This document shows, in pieces, positions 56,744 to 64,000 of a stretch of DNA of 64,000 nucleotides. Position 1 is the stretch's first letter; every line of letters begins with the position of its first letter. The notes beneath the pieces were generated by a model that had not been told where the DNA came from, did no database searches, and was given only the letters and a program-made list of their open reading frames with translations. The stretch lies in the IMG/VR virus record IMGVR_UViG_3300025687_000036; one strand, written 5' to 3'. The DNA comes from an uncultured virus (IMG/VR IMGVR_UViG_3300025687_000036) (lineage: Duplodnaviria > Heunggongvirae > Uroviricota > Caudoviricetes). The position numbers were made by a program, and so were the translations under genes.

Positions 56744-57148
56744 ATGTCGTCGAAGCGACTGACCGAAGGCGAGTTGGCGGCCAGCCGGGAGCGTTCGACG
56801 CTGCGGCGGCGTCTGCGCCTGCTGTGGCGCGGAGACTCGACGGACGATGAGATTCGCGAGGAGTTGGCCCTCGGGGAAGATGAGTTTCGCGCGATCGTCG
56901 CTGAGATGGGGCTGCCGGAGAGGTCGAGGGATATCTATCTGCCTGACCCGGCGACGATTCGGCGAGAGTGCGCGATCATCCGCTCCAAGTGGTCGCAGGC
57001 GGAGCGTGAATCACGCCTCGAGGCGGCCTGGTCTGCTAGAATAGACAATGCAGCATCGACGAGGGGGCGGACCAATGCTTCAAGTGGTGCTCACACTGAC
57101 TCCCAAGCGGGCCAGGCTGCTGATCAAACGCGGCGACGAGATCGTTGA
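56744..57148 (+). CDS. GcrA-like HTH protein (paralogue 3)
   Basis: LRLLW.GD...EI.EEL...MGLPER then PDPATIRRECAIIRSKWS. Confidence 0.55.
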   Translation: MSSKRLTEGELAASRERSTLRRRLRLLWRGDSTDDEIREELALGEDEFRAIVAEMGLPERSRDIYLPDPATIRRECAIIRSKWSQAERESRLEAAWSARIDNAASTRGRTNASSGAHTDSQAGQAADQTRRRDR

Positions 57149-57266
57149 GGACGAGGTTTGGGCGTTCGACGAGCCGGCGCCGAAGGCGGAACTACGAGAC
57201 ATCGCAGAGTGTGTGTTTCACGACTCGTATGACTTGTTGAACCACTGCTGCCATGGATCGACCTAA
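57075..57266 (+). CDS. Hypothetical protein
   Basis: Short ORF with GAGGGGG upstream. Confidence 0.45.
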   Translation: MLQVVLTLTPKRARLLIKRGDEIVEDEVWAFDEPAPKAELRDIAECVFHDSYDLLNHCCHGST

Positions 57267-57447
57267 CGACATCGAGGTTTCCGAGTTCGAGGCTCGCGGT
57301 GGCGACGACTCGCCTCCGCTGGTCAACAAGGTGGCCGACCCGCCGCCGGCGGGATGGGGAAAACTCACCGGCACGGCGAGGACGCTGTCTCCGGCATATC
57401 TGCGATTCTTAAGCAAGGGCATGGAGGCTGACGGTGGACATCGATGA
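57253..57447 (+). CDS. Hypothetical protein
   Basis: Overlapping ORF in operon. Confidence 0.5.
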   Translation: MDRPNDIEVSEFEARGGDDSPPLVNKVADPPPAGWGKLTGTARTLSPAYLRFLSKGMEADGGHR

Positions 57448-57730
57448 CGACGAAGAACTGTACGGCGCCGGCTTCCCGTTGCTGGAGAAGTTGAAACTCC
57501 TCGCCGAGTGGGCTCCGCTCATTTCGCAGTTGCAGGCCATCGGCGCGGCGAAGACGCCGCACGATCAAGCCGTCGCGCTCGTGCGGACGCTCCAGTGGGC
57601 CGCCGGCAAGAGCATGAACACCATCGACGACGAGGCGCTCGAGCACGTCGAGGCGGTGCTGGCGACGCCGGAAGGCAAGGCGGCCTTCGAGTGGGCCTAC
57701 AGCAAGATCAGCGGCGGAGAACAGGCATGA
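57434..57730 (+). CDS. Hypothetical protein
   Basis: GGAGG RBS; helical protein. Confidence 0.6.
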   Translation: MDIDDDEELYGAGFPLLEKLKLLAEWAPLISQLQAIGAAKTPHDQAVALVRTLQWAAGKSMNTIDDEALEHVEAVLATPEGKAAFEWAYSKISGGEQA

Positions 57731-57999
57731 CGGCGAGTCAGATCATCGCGATTGCGGCGGCGTTCGCCGTCGCCTTCTGGCCCCAGATTTACGCAGCCGC
57801 CGAAACGGCGATCGGCTGGGCGTTCTCCGATGACGGAGATCATCCGCCGGCGAAGTTGCTGGGACCGACATACAAGGAAGCGATCAGTGCCTTGGCGAGC
57901 GTTCGCCTCCGGCTTCGCTCCACGAATTGTCTCGACGACGACCGCAAGAAGGCGATCGACGTCCTGACGCTTGGCCTCGTGGACGGATCAGACCAATGA
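57727..57999 (+). CDS. Membrane-anchored hypothetical protein
   Basis: N-terminal IIAIAAAFAVAFWP. Confidence 0.6.
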   Translation: MTASQIIAIAAAFAVAFWPQIYAAAETAIGWAFSDDGDHPPAKLLGPTYKEAISALASVRLRLRSTNCLDDDRKKAIDVLTLGLVDGSDQ

Positions 58000-58484
58000 G
58001 CAGCCCGTGGGTGAGGCTCGTCGTGGCCGCCGTGATCCTTGTTTTTGCCTGGCGCGGGTCGATCCTCGACGTGTCTTGGCCTCCGTCGCCAGCGGAAGTC
58101 ATCGACGGGCCGGCGCCTGACAAGAGGCTCCTGGCGTGGGCCGAACCGCTGCGGCCGATCGTCGGAAAGATGCTGCCTTCCGACAGGGAGTACCTGGCAA
58201 ACTTCTACGACGCGATGAGTTTCGTGATTCTTCGCGATGGCAAGCGCGATGACCCGATCGTGTCGACGACGGAGAAGTTCGCGACGTTTCATGCAGGGTC
58301 GCTGCGACTGGCGATCGACAAGGAAAACGTCGGGAAGTACCCCGGCCTCGCTGCCGCCATCGACGAGGTCTTTATGAGGGCCGGCGGCCCCGAGGTGAAG
58401 TCGATCGACACCGACACCAGAGATGCGCTGGTGGCTGCCTGCCAGGTGCTGTCTTGGACATTCTCGATCCATCGCGATGAGTGA
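57996..58484 (+). CDS. Membrane-anchored hypothetical protein
   Basis: N-terminal LVVAAVILVFAW then Pro-rich linker. Confidence 0.65.
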   Translation: MSSPWVRLVVAAVILVFAWRGSILDVSWPPSPAEVIDGPAPDKRLLAWAEPLRPIVGKMLPSDREYLANFYDAMSFVILRDGKRDDPIVSTTEKFATFHAGSLRLAIDKENVGKYPGLAAAIDEVFMRAGGPEVKSIDTDTRDALVAACQVLSWTFSIHRDE

Positions 58485-59481
58485 ATTCAACCCGCTCCTC
58501 GAGTACGACCGCGGCTTGCGGGGGGCGACACTCGACCCTCGCGAGGACGAACTCCTCGTCGACTCGATCCTTCGGCATGGCGGAGACCCCGATGGCGACC
58601 ACGTCGCGCATCACTGGGACTTCGCTGATTCGGCGAAAGGCAAACTGGTCCCACGCTGGGAGAACGTCATGCGGGAGTGGCCCGGCTGCTGGCCCGGTCC
58701 GCCGCAATCGAGAGGCGACTGCGTTTCACACGCCATCCTTCGGGCCGCGCTGTTGTCGTGGACTTGCGAGATTCAGGACGGCCGCCACGACGAAGTCACC
58801 GGCAAGATCGAGGGGAAGCCCGAGGTCTCCGACGTCGGCATCCGAAACAGCGTTCTCTCGAGCGAGGCGATCTACTGGCATCGCGGCCACAATGGCGATG
58901 GGTGGACGTGCAGTTCCGCAGCCCGCGCCATCACGACCGACGCCGGCATCTGGCTGAGACAGAACTACCCCGAGATCGGCATCGACCTGACGCGATACAA
59001 CGGCACCATCGCCGGCCGCTGGGGTGCTCGGAAGCCGCCGGAGGAAGTGATCGCGATCGGCCGTGAGCACCTCGTCCGCACGGCGACGGTGGTCAAGAGC
59101 GTCGAGGCGATGCGCGACCTGCTCTACCAGGGCTACGGCGTCTTCTTCTGCTCAATGCTCAAGTGGTCGAGCACCCGCGATGACAACGGCTACTCGCCGG
59201 TCGTCGTTGGATCGTGGGCTCATGCCCAAGGGATCGTCGGTTACGACGATCGCCCTGAGACGGTGAGCATCTACGGGGAGCCACTGGCCTGCGTTCAGAA
59301 CTCCTGGGGCCGATGGAACTCAGGCCCGCGAACCGTCCGCGGGACGAACTTCGAGATTCCAGAGGGCGCCTACTGGACGAAGGCGTCGACGATCCTGCGA
59401 GGGCAGGCGATTGCACTGTCGAGCGTGGCCGGCTGGCCGGCGAGGAAGCTGCCGAACTACGGTGCGGAGGGAAATGTATGA
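58477..59481 (+). CDS. Papain-like (C1) cysteine peptidase
   Basis: Q..GDCVSHA (oxyanion Gln and catalytic Cys), WAHAQGIVGYD (His), VQNSWG (Asn). Confidence 0.85.
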   Translation: MSEFNPLLEYDRGLRGATLDPREDELLVDSILRHGGDPDGDHVAHHWDFADSAKGKLVPRWENVMREWPGCWPGPPQSRGDCVSHAILRAALLSWTCEIQDGRHDEVTGKIEGKPEVSDVGIRNSVLSSEAIYWHRGHNGDGWTCSSAARAITTDAGIWLRQNYPEIGIDLTRYNGTIAGRWGARKPPEEVIAIGREHLVRTATVVKSVEAMRDLLYQGYGVFFCSMLKWSSTRDDNGYSPVVVGSWAHAQGIVGYDDRPETVSIYGEPLACVQNSWGRWNSGPRTVRGTNFEIPEGAYWTKASTILRGQAIALSSVAGWPARKLPNYGAEGNV

Positions 59482-59849
59482 AGCCCGACGTCGTCGCTGA
59501 CGCCACCGGCGTCATCCTGCTTGCCACCGTGGCCGCGCTGCCGATGTCGTGCGTCCCATCGCTGCCGGCGGCCCAGAGGGTGAACCTTCAGCCGCTGGTT
59601 GCCACGGCCGGGGCATACAGCGTCATGGAAGGCGAGCGCTCGAGCCCGACGCCTGCTCCCGTTCCCACGGTCGGGTGCGAGGAAGGATGCGAATGCAACG
59701 GCAGCGGCAAGGAGCCCAGCGGCGACGGCCTGGCGATCGTCAATTGCCGCTGCCCAGAGACCTGCGCCTGCAAGGCGAACAAGGCGCCGCCGGCCCACAC
59801 GTCTGCCGAGGGGACGCCGGGATGGCCGCCACGAAATTTAGTCCCCTGA
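59478..59849 (+). CDS. Cys-rich exported/lipoprotein-like protein
   Basis: Hydrophobic N-terminus ending MSC; CEEGCECNGSG..GDG...CRCPETC. Confidence 0.6.
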   Translation: MKPDVVADATGVILLATVAALPMSCVPSLPAAQRVNLQPLVATAGAYSVMEGERSSPTPAPVPTVGCEEGCECNGSGKEPSGDGLAIVNCRCPETCACKANKAPPAHTSAEGTPGWPPRNLVP

Positions 59850-60133
59850 AAGCCTGGGTGCTCCGGCGGGCGCCGATGCGCGTTTCGCTGCACGGGGCTC
59901 TTCGCGATCGGCTCGTCGAGCACATCGTCGAGGACTGGCCGGCCGGCTGCCCGCCAGACCGCATCGAGGAGGTCGTCCGCGCTCGCATGGCCGTCAGGCT
60001 CCGCGAGCAGTACGGAAGCGTCATTGCGGTGTTCATCCTGTCTGCCCTCGCGAACATCCTGATCCGCCTGGTCGTCGAGTGGTGGTTTGCCCACGAGGCC
60101 AACCGCGTCCTCATGGCCGAATGGTCTCGCTGA
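59822..60133 (+). CDS. Hypothetical membrane protein
   Basis: C-terminal YGSVIAVFILSALANILIRLVVEWW. Confidence 0.6.
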   Translation: MAATKFSPLKAWVLRRAPMRVSLHGALRDRLVEHIVEDWPAGCPPDRIEEVVRARMAVRLREQYGSVIAVFILSALANILIRLVVEWWFAHEANRVLMAEWSR

Positions 60134-60435
60134 TGCCTCGTCGCGTTCCCACCTACCGGCCACCTTGGATTCCCGCTCGTCAAGAGAACCGCCCCACGTC
60201 CTCCCAGAGGGGCTACGGGTCGGCAGCCTGGCAGCGTGTCCGTCTGGCCGTGATCGCCCGCGACGGCGGCGTCTGCCGCTCCTGCGGGCTCGTCATCCAC
60301 AAGGCCGGCGACGCCCACGTCGATCACATCCTCGAGAAGCCGACCGACGAGGCCGCCGAGGCGACGCCGCTTTCCGGCCTCCAGCTTCTGTGCCGATCCT
60401 GTCACGCGAAGAAGACGAAGGCGTCATCCTCCTGA
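60133..60435 (+). CDS. HNH endonuclease (HK97 gp74-like terminase cofactor)
   Basis: RGYG..W.R.R..V..RD...CRSC...VDHI...LQLLCRSCH..KT. Confidence 0.92.
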   Translation: MPRRVPTYRPPWIPARQENRPTSSQRGYGSAAWQRVRLAVIARDGGVCRSCGLVIHKAGDAHVDHILEKPTDEAAEATPLSGLQLLCRSCHAKKTKASSS

Positions 60436-60720
60436 CTTCCTGCGACTCCTCCTGGCCGCGTTGGCGGCCTTCTGGGTGCCGCCCTTGAAGCCGCAGGCCA
60501 GAGCAAGTTTGTGCCGCCGGTCGGTGCCAAATGGGTAGGTGCGCTCCTTGACCTGCTCGATCATCTTCCTGACGACGAGCCGCTTCCCAAAGATGACGGT
60601 CGTGACCTGGATGCCTTCGCCCTCGGCCGCTTCGATGGCCCGGTAGAGCGACCGCAGGGAGCAGCCGATCACGGCCTTCGCTTCCTCGAACGTCAGGTAG
60701 TCGTCTGTGTCGATCTTCAT
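60424..60720 (-). CDS. HTH DNA-binding protein
   Basis: YLTFEEAKAVIGCSLRSLYR. Confidence 0.65.
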   Translation of the reverse strand: MKIDTDDYLTFEEAKAVIGCSLRSLYRAIEAAEGEGIQVTTVIFGKRLVVRKMIEQVKERTYPFGTDRRHKLALACGFKGGTQKAANAARRSRRKSGG

Positions 60721-61019
60721 CGCCTCACCGCTCCTATGAATGCGTCCCCTAAGTCAACGAACGCCTCTCCAATCCTCCGCAGGGGCCGGTCGGCCTGCTG
60801 CTGCACGACAATTTGATGCACCGGGGCCGCCTGCGGCAACGGCTGCTGCCAGCCGTTTGCCACGGGCGGGGGCTGCCACGCCGGCTGCTGCCACCCGCCG
60901 GTTGCCACGGCCGGGGGTGCCGGCGCCGCCGCCGGCCGCTCCGCGAGCACCTCGCGGAGCAGCACGACGACGACGACGACCAGCACGGCCCGCCAGGTGT
61001 CACGCACGATGCCGATCAT
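60717..61019 (-). CDS. Membrane protein with Pro/Gln-rich region
   Basis: AVLVVVVVVLL followed by WQQP repeats. Confidence 0.55.
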   Translation of the reverse strand: MIGIVRDTWRAVLVVVVVVLLREVLAERPAAAPAPPAVATGGWQQPAWQPPPVANGWQQPLPQAAPVHQIVVQQQADRPLRRIGEAFVDLGDAFIGAVRR

Positions 61020-61294
61020 GCCGCGATGCCCTCCCCCGCACGCAGCCTCTTGACGACCGCGCGGCAGTTGGCCGCGTACTCCGCGGCGTAGCCGTGGAGC
61101 GTCTCCTCGACGACCGCCACGGCCTCCTCGCGAGTCTCCACGACCCGCTCGCCCATGAACTCATAGAGCGGCTCGACGCGCCCCGACGCCAGGTGCCGGT
61201 AGAGCGTCTGCTCGCCGTGCTGCACCGGCTCGACCTCATCGACCACAACCAACGGCCTCCCGTCGCTTCCTCGGTATGCCTTCGCGATCCACAT
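61016..61294 (-). CDS. Hypothetical protein
   Basis: GAGGAGG RBS. Confidence 0.6.
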   Translation of the reverse strand: MWIAKAYRGSDGRPLVVVDEVEPVQHGEQTLYRHLASGRVEPLYEFMGERVVETREEAVAVVEETLHGYAAEYAANCRAVVKRLRAGEGIAA

Positions 61295-61387
61295 CTCGCA
61301 CCTCCTCACTGGTTGCCACGCACCGGGGCCGCACCGTGCAGCCCGCGATGTCGCGGCGAGTAGCCTAGCGTTGTCTCTGCCTGCCGT

Positions 61388-61579
61388 CTAATCGTCGCCA
61401 CGACGCTTCCGCCGTGAGCGTTTCTGCCGTCGTTTCTCCTGCCTCCTCCGCTCCATCTCCTCGATCGCCGCCGCCGCCACGCGATGCATGGCCGCCTCGG
61501 CATCGCGACGCGAGGCCAGGCCGGATTCGACGAGGAACGAGAGCCATCCGGCTTCGTATGGGGTGACGCGGTTGGTCAT
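61388..61579 (-). CDS. Small basic hypothetical protein
   Basis: Coupled ORF with AGGAGG upstream. Confidence 0.5.
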   Translation of the reverse strand: MTNRVTPYEAGWLSFLVESGLASRRDAEAAMHRVAAAAIEEMERRRQEKRRQKRSRRKRRGDD

Positions 61580-61875
61580 TTCCTGCCTCCTTTCTGCGTC
61601 GGAAGCGAATCCAGCCACCGCGACATAATCGACTCGGTGCATTCGGACGGCAACCAGTGGGTAGCATCGCCCAGGCCGTACCCAGCGATTTTCTCCAGTT
61701 TTTCGATGGCGGAAAAGTAGGCGTCCGCGAAGGCCGGCGGGCAGTCTAGTCCGCTGTCTCGGTCGAGATGCCGCAGCCCGGTCTCCTGCATGGCGGCTTC
61801 TTCACGATCCGCCATAAAGGACACAACTGCATCCAGCAGTGCGGATGCTTCGTCTCTGGTCAGTTTGGTTTTCAT
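61576..61875 (-). CDS. Hypothetical protein (paralogue of 62330-62602)
   Basis: ETGLR..DRD..LDCP...AYFSAI. Confidence 0.7.
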   Translation of the reverse strand: MKTKLTRDEASALLDAVVSFMADREEAAMQETGLRHLDRDSGLDCPPAFADAYFSAIEKLEKIAGYGLGDATHWLPSECTESIMSRWLDSLPTQKGGRK

Positions 61876-62294
61876 TTCTGCACCTTTCGTTCCGCCGGAC
61901 GGGCCGTCCCCTTGCACTCGATGACCTCGCACCCCTCGGCGATCGCCCGCTTCGTCCACGCCTCGGCCTGCCGGCGGGACCGGAACTCGATCACCTCGGC
62001 CAGGTCGGTGTTGCTACTGGCAGCCCACCGCATGAGTTCCTTGCCGGCGGGCGTGTTCGCGACCGACTCTATGGCCGCCGGCAGCCGCCAGAAGAGCACG
62101 ATGCCCTCCTGCTTCAGCGGCTTGCAGTGGCAGTCCTGCTTCCGCAGTTTCTTCGCCTTCGCCACCGCGTCGCGGTAGCGGTGGAACCGCTCCACGTCAT
62201 CGCTCGCCGGCCGGCGCCGGTCGAGCGGCTCCCAGTCGCCATCGTGCCGGCGGGCGTGTTTCACGCCGATGTCGGTGATAATCCAGTAGATCAT
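61872..62294 (-). CDS. Hypothetical protein
   Basis: GAGGAG RBS. Confidence 0.6.
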   Translation of the reverse strand: MIYWIITDIGVKHARRHDGDWEPLDRRRPASDDVERFHRYRDAVAKAKKLRKQDCHCKPLKQEGIVLFWRLPAAIESVANTPAGKELMRWAASSNTDLAEVIEFRSRRQAEAWTKRAIAEGCEVIECKGTARPAERKVQK

Positions 62295-62329
62295 CGTTCC
62301 TCTCCTCGTTTCGTGGTTGGTTCTTCTAA

Positions 62330-62602
62330 TCAATCAAGTCGTTCGATCGCATCGACCAGCTCCGAGGCATCGCATTTCTCCGGCTCCCAGTACTCGGCAG
62401 CCGACATATCGCATTCGGCGATTTCCTCGAGCCCGGCGATCGCCGAGAAGTACGCGGCAGCATGCGCTCGAGGGCAGTCCAGGTGGGTATCGCGGTCGAA
62501 TTGCCGCAGCCCCGTCTCCCGCATCCCCTGCTCGTCCCGGTCTGTGCCGAATGAGTTGATCGCGCACAGCAGTGCGTACGCCTGCTCCTTGCTCAGTGTC
62601 AT
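62330..62602 (-). CDS. Hypothetical protein (paralogue of 61576-61875)
   Basis: ETGLR..DRD..LDCP...AYFSAI; GAGGAG RBS. Confidence 0.7.
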   Translation of the reverse strand: MTLSKEQAYALLCAINSFGTDRDEQGMRETGLRQFDRDTHLDCPRAHAAAYFSAIAGLEEIAECDMSAAEYWEPEKCDASELVDAIERLD

Positions 62603-62671
62603 CGTCCTCTCCTCGTTTCGCCGCACGGGGCGGCAGGGTTGAATCGGTCCACTGGTTGACACGGGGCGGGG

Positions 62672-63067
62672 TCAGTCACGCCAATGCTCAAGCGCATCGT
62701 CCTCGGTCTCGAACGGGCCGCCAGCATCCACGCCGCGGACGTACACGTACCATCCGGTGCCCTCGACTGCCCTCTGCTCACAACGAGCGACAACCGGCGG
62801 CTCGGCCCGCCCCTCGTCGGCATCGATCGTCCAGCCGCCAGCGCGGGCCTCGTCCTCGGGGATCATCACCTCGTCGTCCACGTTGAGGTATCCGGCCTCG
62901 TCACCAACGATTCGACCAGTGAGTCGGCCGTGTCGGTCGATCTCAGGCCAGCAACCGTCCCACGTACAGCCGTCCTGAAAAATCTCGTTCCACTCCCGAC
63001 TCTTGTAGTGCAGGCCGGCTCCGGCCTCGCACCGCCGCTCGTCGGTCATCTCGCTGAATGGTCGCAT
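62672..63067 (-). CDS. Acidic hypothetical protein
   Basis: GAGGAG RBS; C-terminal GWY....GPFET..AL. Confidence 0.65.
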   Translation of the reverse strand: MRPFSEMTDERRCEAGAGLHYKSREWNEIFQDGCTWDGCWPEIDRHGRLTGRIVGDEAGYLNVDDEVMIPEDEARAGGWTIDADEGRAEPPVVARCEQRAVEGTGWYVYVRGVDAGGPFETEDDALEHWRD

Positions 63068-63072
63068 CGTCG

Positions 63073-63438
63073 TCTCCTCATGTTTCGCCGGACGGTGCCG
63101 GCTGGTTTCCTCGGTCGGGGGCCACCGCGGCCCGCCCCTCGCCGGCGCCCGAGGGCGGCGCCGGAACCAGGGCGGGTCGTCACGCCGCGGCATCCGCCTC
63201 CGCAAACTCCATCGCCTCGCGTCGGGTCGAAAACTCCCGCGACCAGACCGCGATGCCGCCCTTGACCAACGCCGCCACCCAGCGTCGGCCGTTCGCCCGC
63301 CTCACCGACCAATGGCCGACCGGAGCATCGAGCAGCATCGCACCGGCACCGTGGCCGGCATCTTCGCTTTTCACCCATCGCCGTGTCGTCGTGTCCATCT
63401 TCGCTCTCCTCATGTTTCGCCGGACGGTGCCGGCTGGT
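63073..63438 (-). repeat. 34-bp identical direct repeat in gene leaders (63073-63106 and 63405-63438)
   Basis: Minus strand ACCAGCCGGCACCGTCCGGCGAAACATGAGGAGA. Confidence 0.95.
63180..63398 (-). CDS. Hypothetical protein
   Basis: GAGGAG RBS; FSTRREAMEFAE. Confidence 0.65.
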   Translation of the reverse strand: MDTTTRRWVKSEDAGHGAGAMLLDAPVGHWSVRRANGRRWVAALVKGGIAVWSREFSTRREAMEFAEADAAA

Positions 63439-63469
63439 GTCGGTCGATCCACTGGCTGCCACGCTCCGG

Positions 63470-63823
63470 TCACGCGACCGGGTCGATGATCCCATGCCTC
63501 ACCATCCAGAGACGCAGGCCGGCACGGTGCCTCTGAACCGCCGTCGTGTCGAGCTGCCACTGGTCATCCTCGCGGCGGCAGCAGTCGTGCGCAGCCTGCC
63601 AGAGGCCGTACTGCTCGGCCCACTCTTGGTCGCAGCCGACAGGGTCGCCCTCGCCGCCGGCCACTCGCTCGACGGTTGCCTCGGCCACTCCATCGCAGAT
63701 CGCCGCCGCCGCCTGGCGGTAGACGACGGCAAAGTCGTCAGCCTCGTCAGCCGACAAGCCAGCCGCCACCAAGTCGAGCTCCGCGTTCAGCAGGATCGTC
63801 ACGTCTGGAAGTATCGTCGTCAT
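63470..63823 (-). CDS. Hypothetical protein
   Basis: GAGGAG RBS. Confidence 0.6.
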   Translation of the reverse strand: MTTILPDVTILLNAELDLVAAGLSADEADDFAVVYRQAAAAICDGVAEATVERVAGGEGDPVGCDQEWAEQYGLWQAAHDCCRREDDQWQLDTTAVQRHRAGLRLWMVRHGIIDPVA

Positions 63824-64000
63824 CGCATCTCTCCTCGCTTCTGGGGTTTCCACGCTCCGGGGCCGCGCCGGCCCGCCCGTCGCCCCCGGAGCCGGCGTCT
63901 CGCCGGGCGGGGGTTGCGGGCGGGTCGCTCACTTGCCGCTCCACACTGGCTTCGTTCCTGTCAGGCTTGCGATCTCTTGCGCGAGTTCCTTCGTGAACGT

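Larger units (their letters stand above)
1..64000. mobile_element. Tailed dsDNA phage (siphovirus-like, HK97-type head); near-complete genome or prophage
   Basis: Canonical order terS-terL-portal-protease-capsid-neck-tail-tape measure-fibres, plus recombinase, replication and HNH genes; no host housekeeping genes seen. Confidence 0.97.

Noticed and set aside
61886..63438. GAAAC-containing leader repeat as a hammerhead ribozyme or integron attC site
   Set aside because: No CUGANGA core found at the proper position; no RYYYAAC...GTTRRRY ends; the recombinase is too short for the integron-integrase insertion
1..64000. tRNA, rRNA, IS elements, introns/inteins, alternative genetic code
   Set aside because: No cloverleaf or transposase seen by eye; core genes are uninterrupted and end in TAG, TGA and TAA normally; a tRNAscan or Infernal run would be needed to exclude small RNAs

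Overview
The window holds most of the genome of a GC-rich tailed dsDNA phage (HK97-type head, long non-contractile tail). It starts at the small terminase. Gene order: packaging and head (terS, an inserted nuclease, terL, portal, an unusually long prohead protease, major capsid), neck and tail (three tandem tail-tube-like genes, tail chaperone with a -1 frameshift, tape measure), two separate tail-fibre modules, a leftward block with a tyrosine recombinase, replication (SNF2 helicase, Prim-Pol, UvrD-like helicase), csrA, DNA methyltransferases, a membrane-protein and papain-protease block, an HNH nuclease, and a leftward array of small genes each preceded by repeated leader motifs. The most notable observations are: (1) a dispersed but apparently self-contained glycosylation toolkit (gmd, fcl, perosamine-synthase-like aminotransferase, four glycosyltransferase-like genes, a methyltransferase, two GNATs), partly placed directly behind capsid and fibre genes, suggesting virion glycosylation; (2) a phage CsrA plus ANGGA-loop hairpins in leaders of structural genes and of csrA itself; (3) hairpin-embedded -10 boxes and an asymmetric operator-like motif; (4) no recognisable endolysin, with a papain-like protease in the lysis position. 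A Planctomycetota-like host is a weak inference only. All calls come from reading motifs by eye; no database searches were run. No tRNA, rRNA, CRISPR array or IS element was seen.
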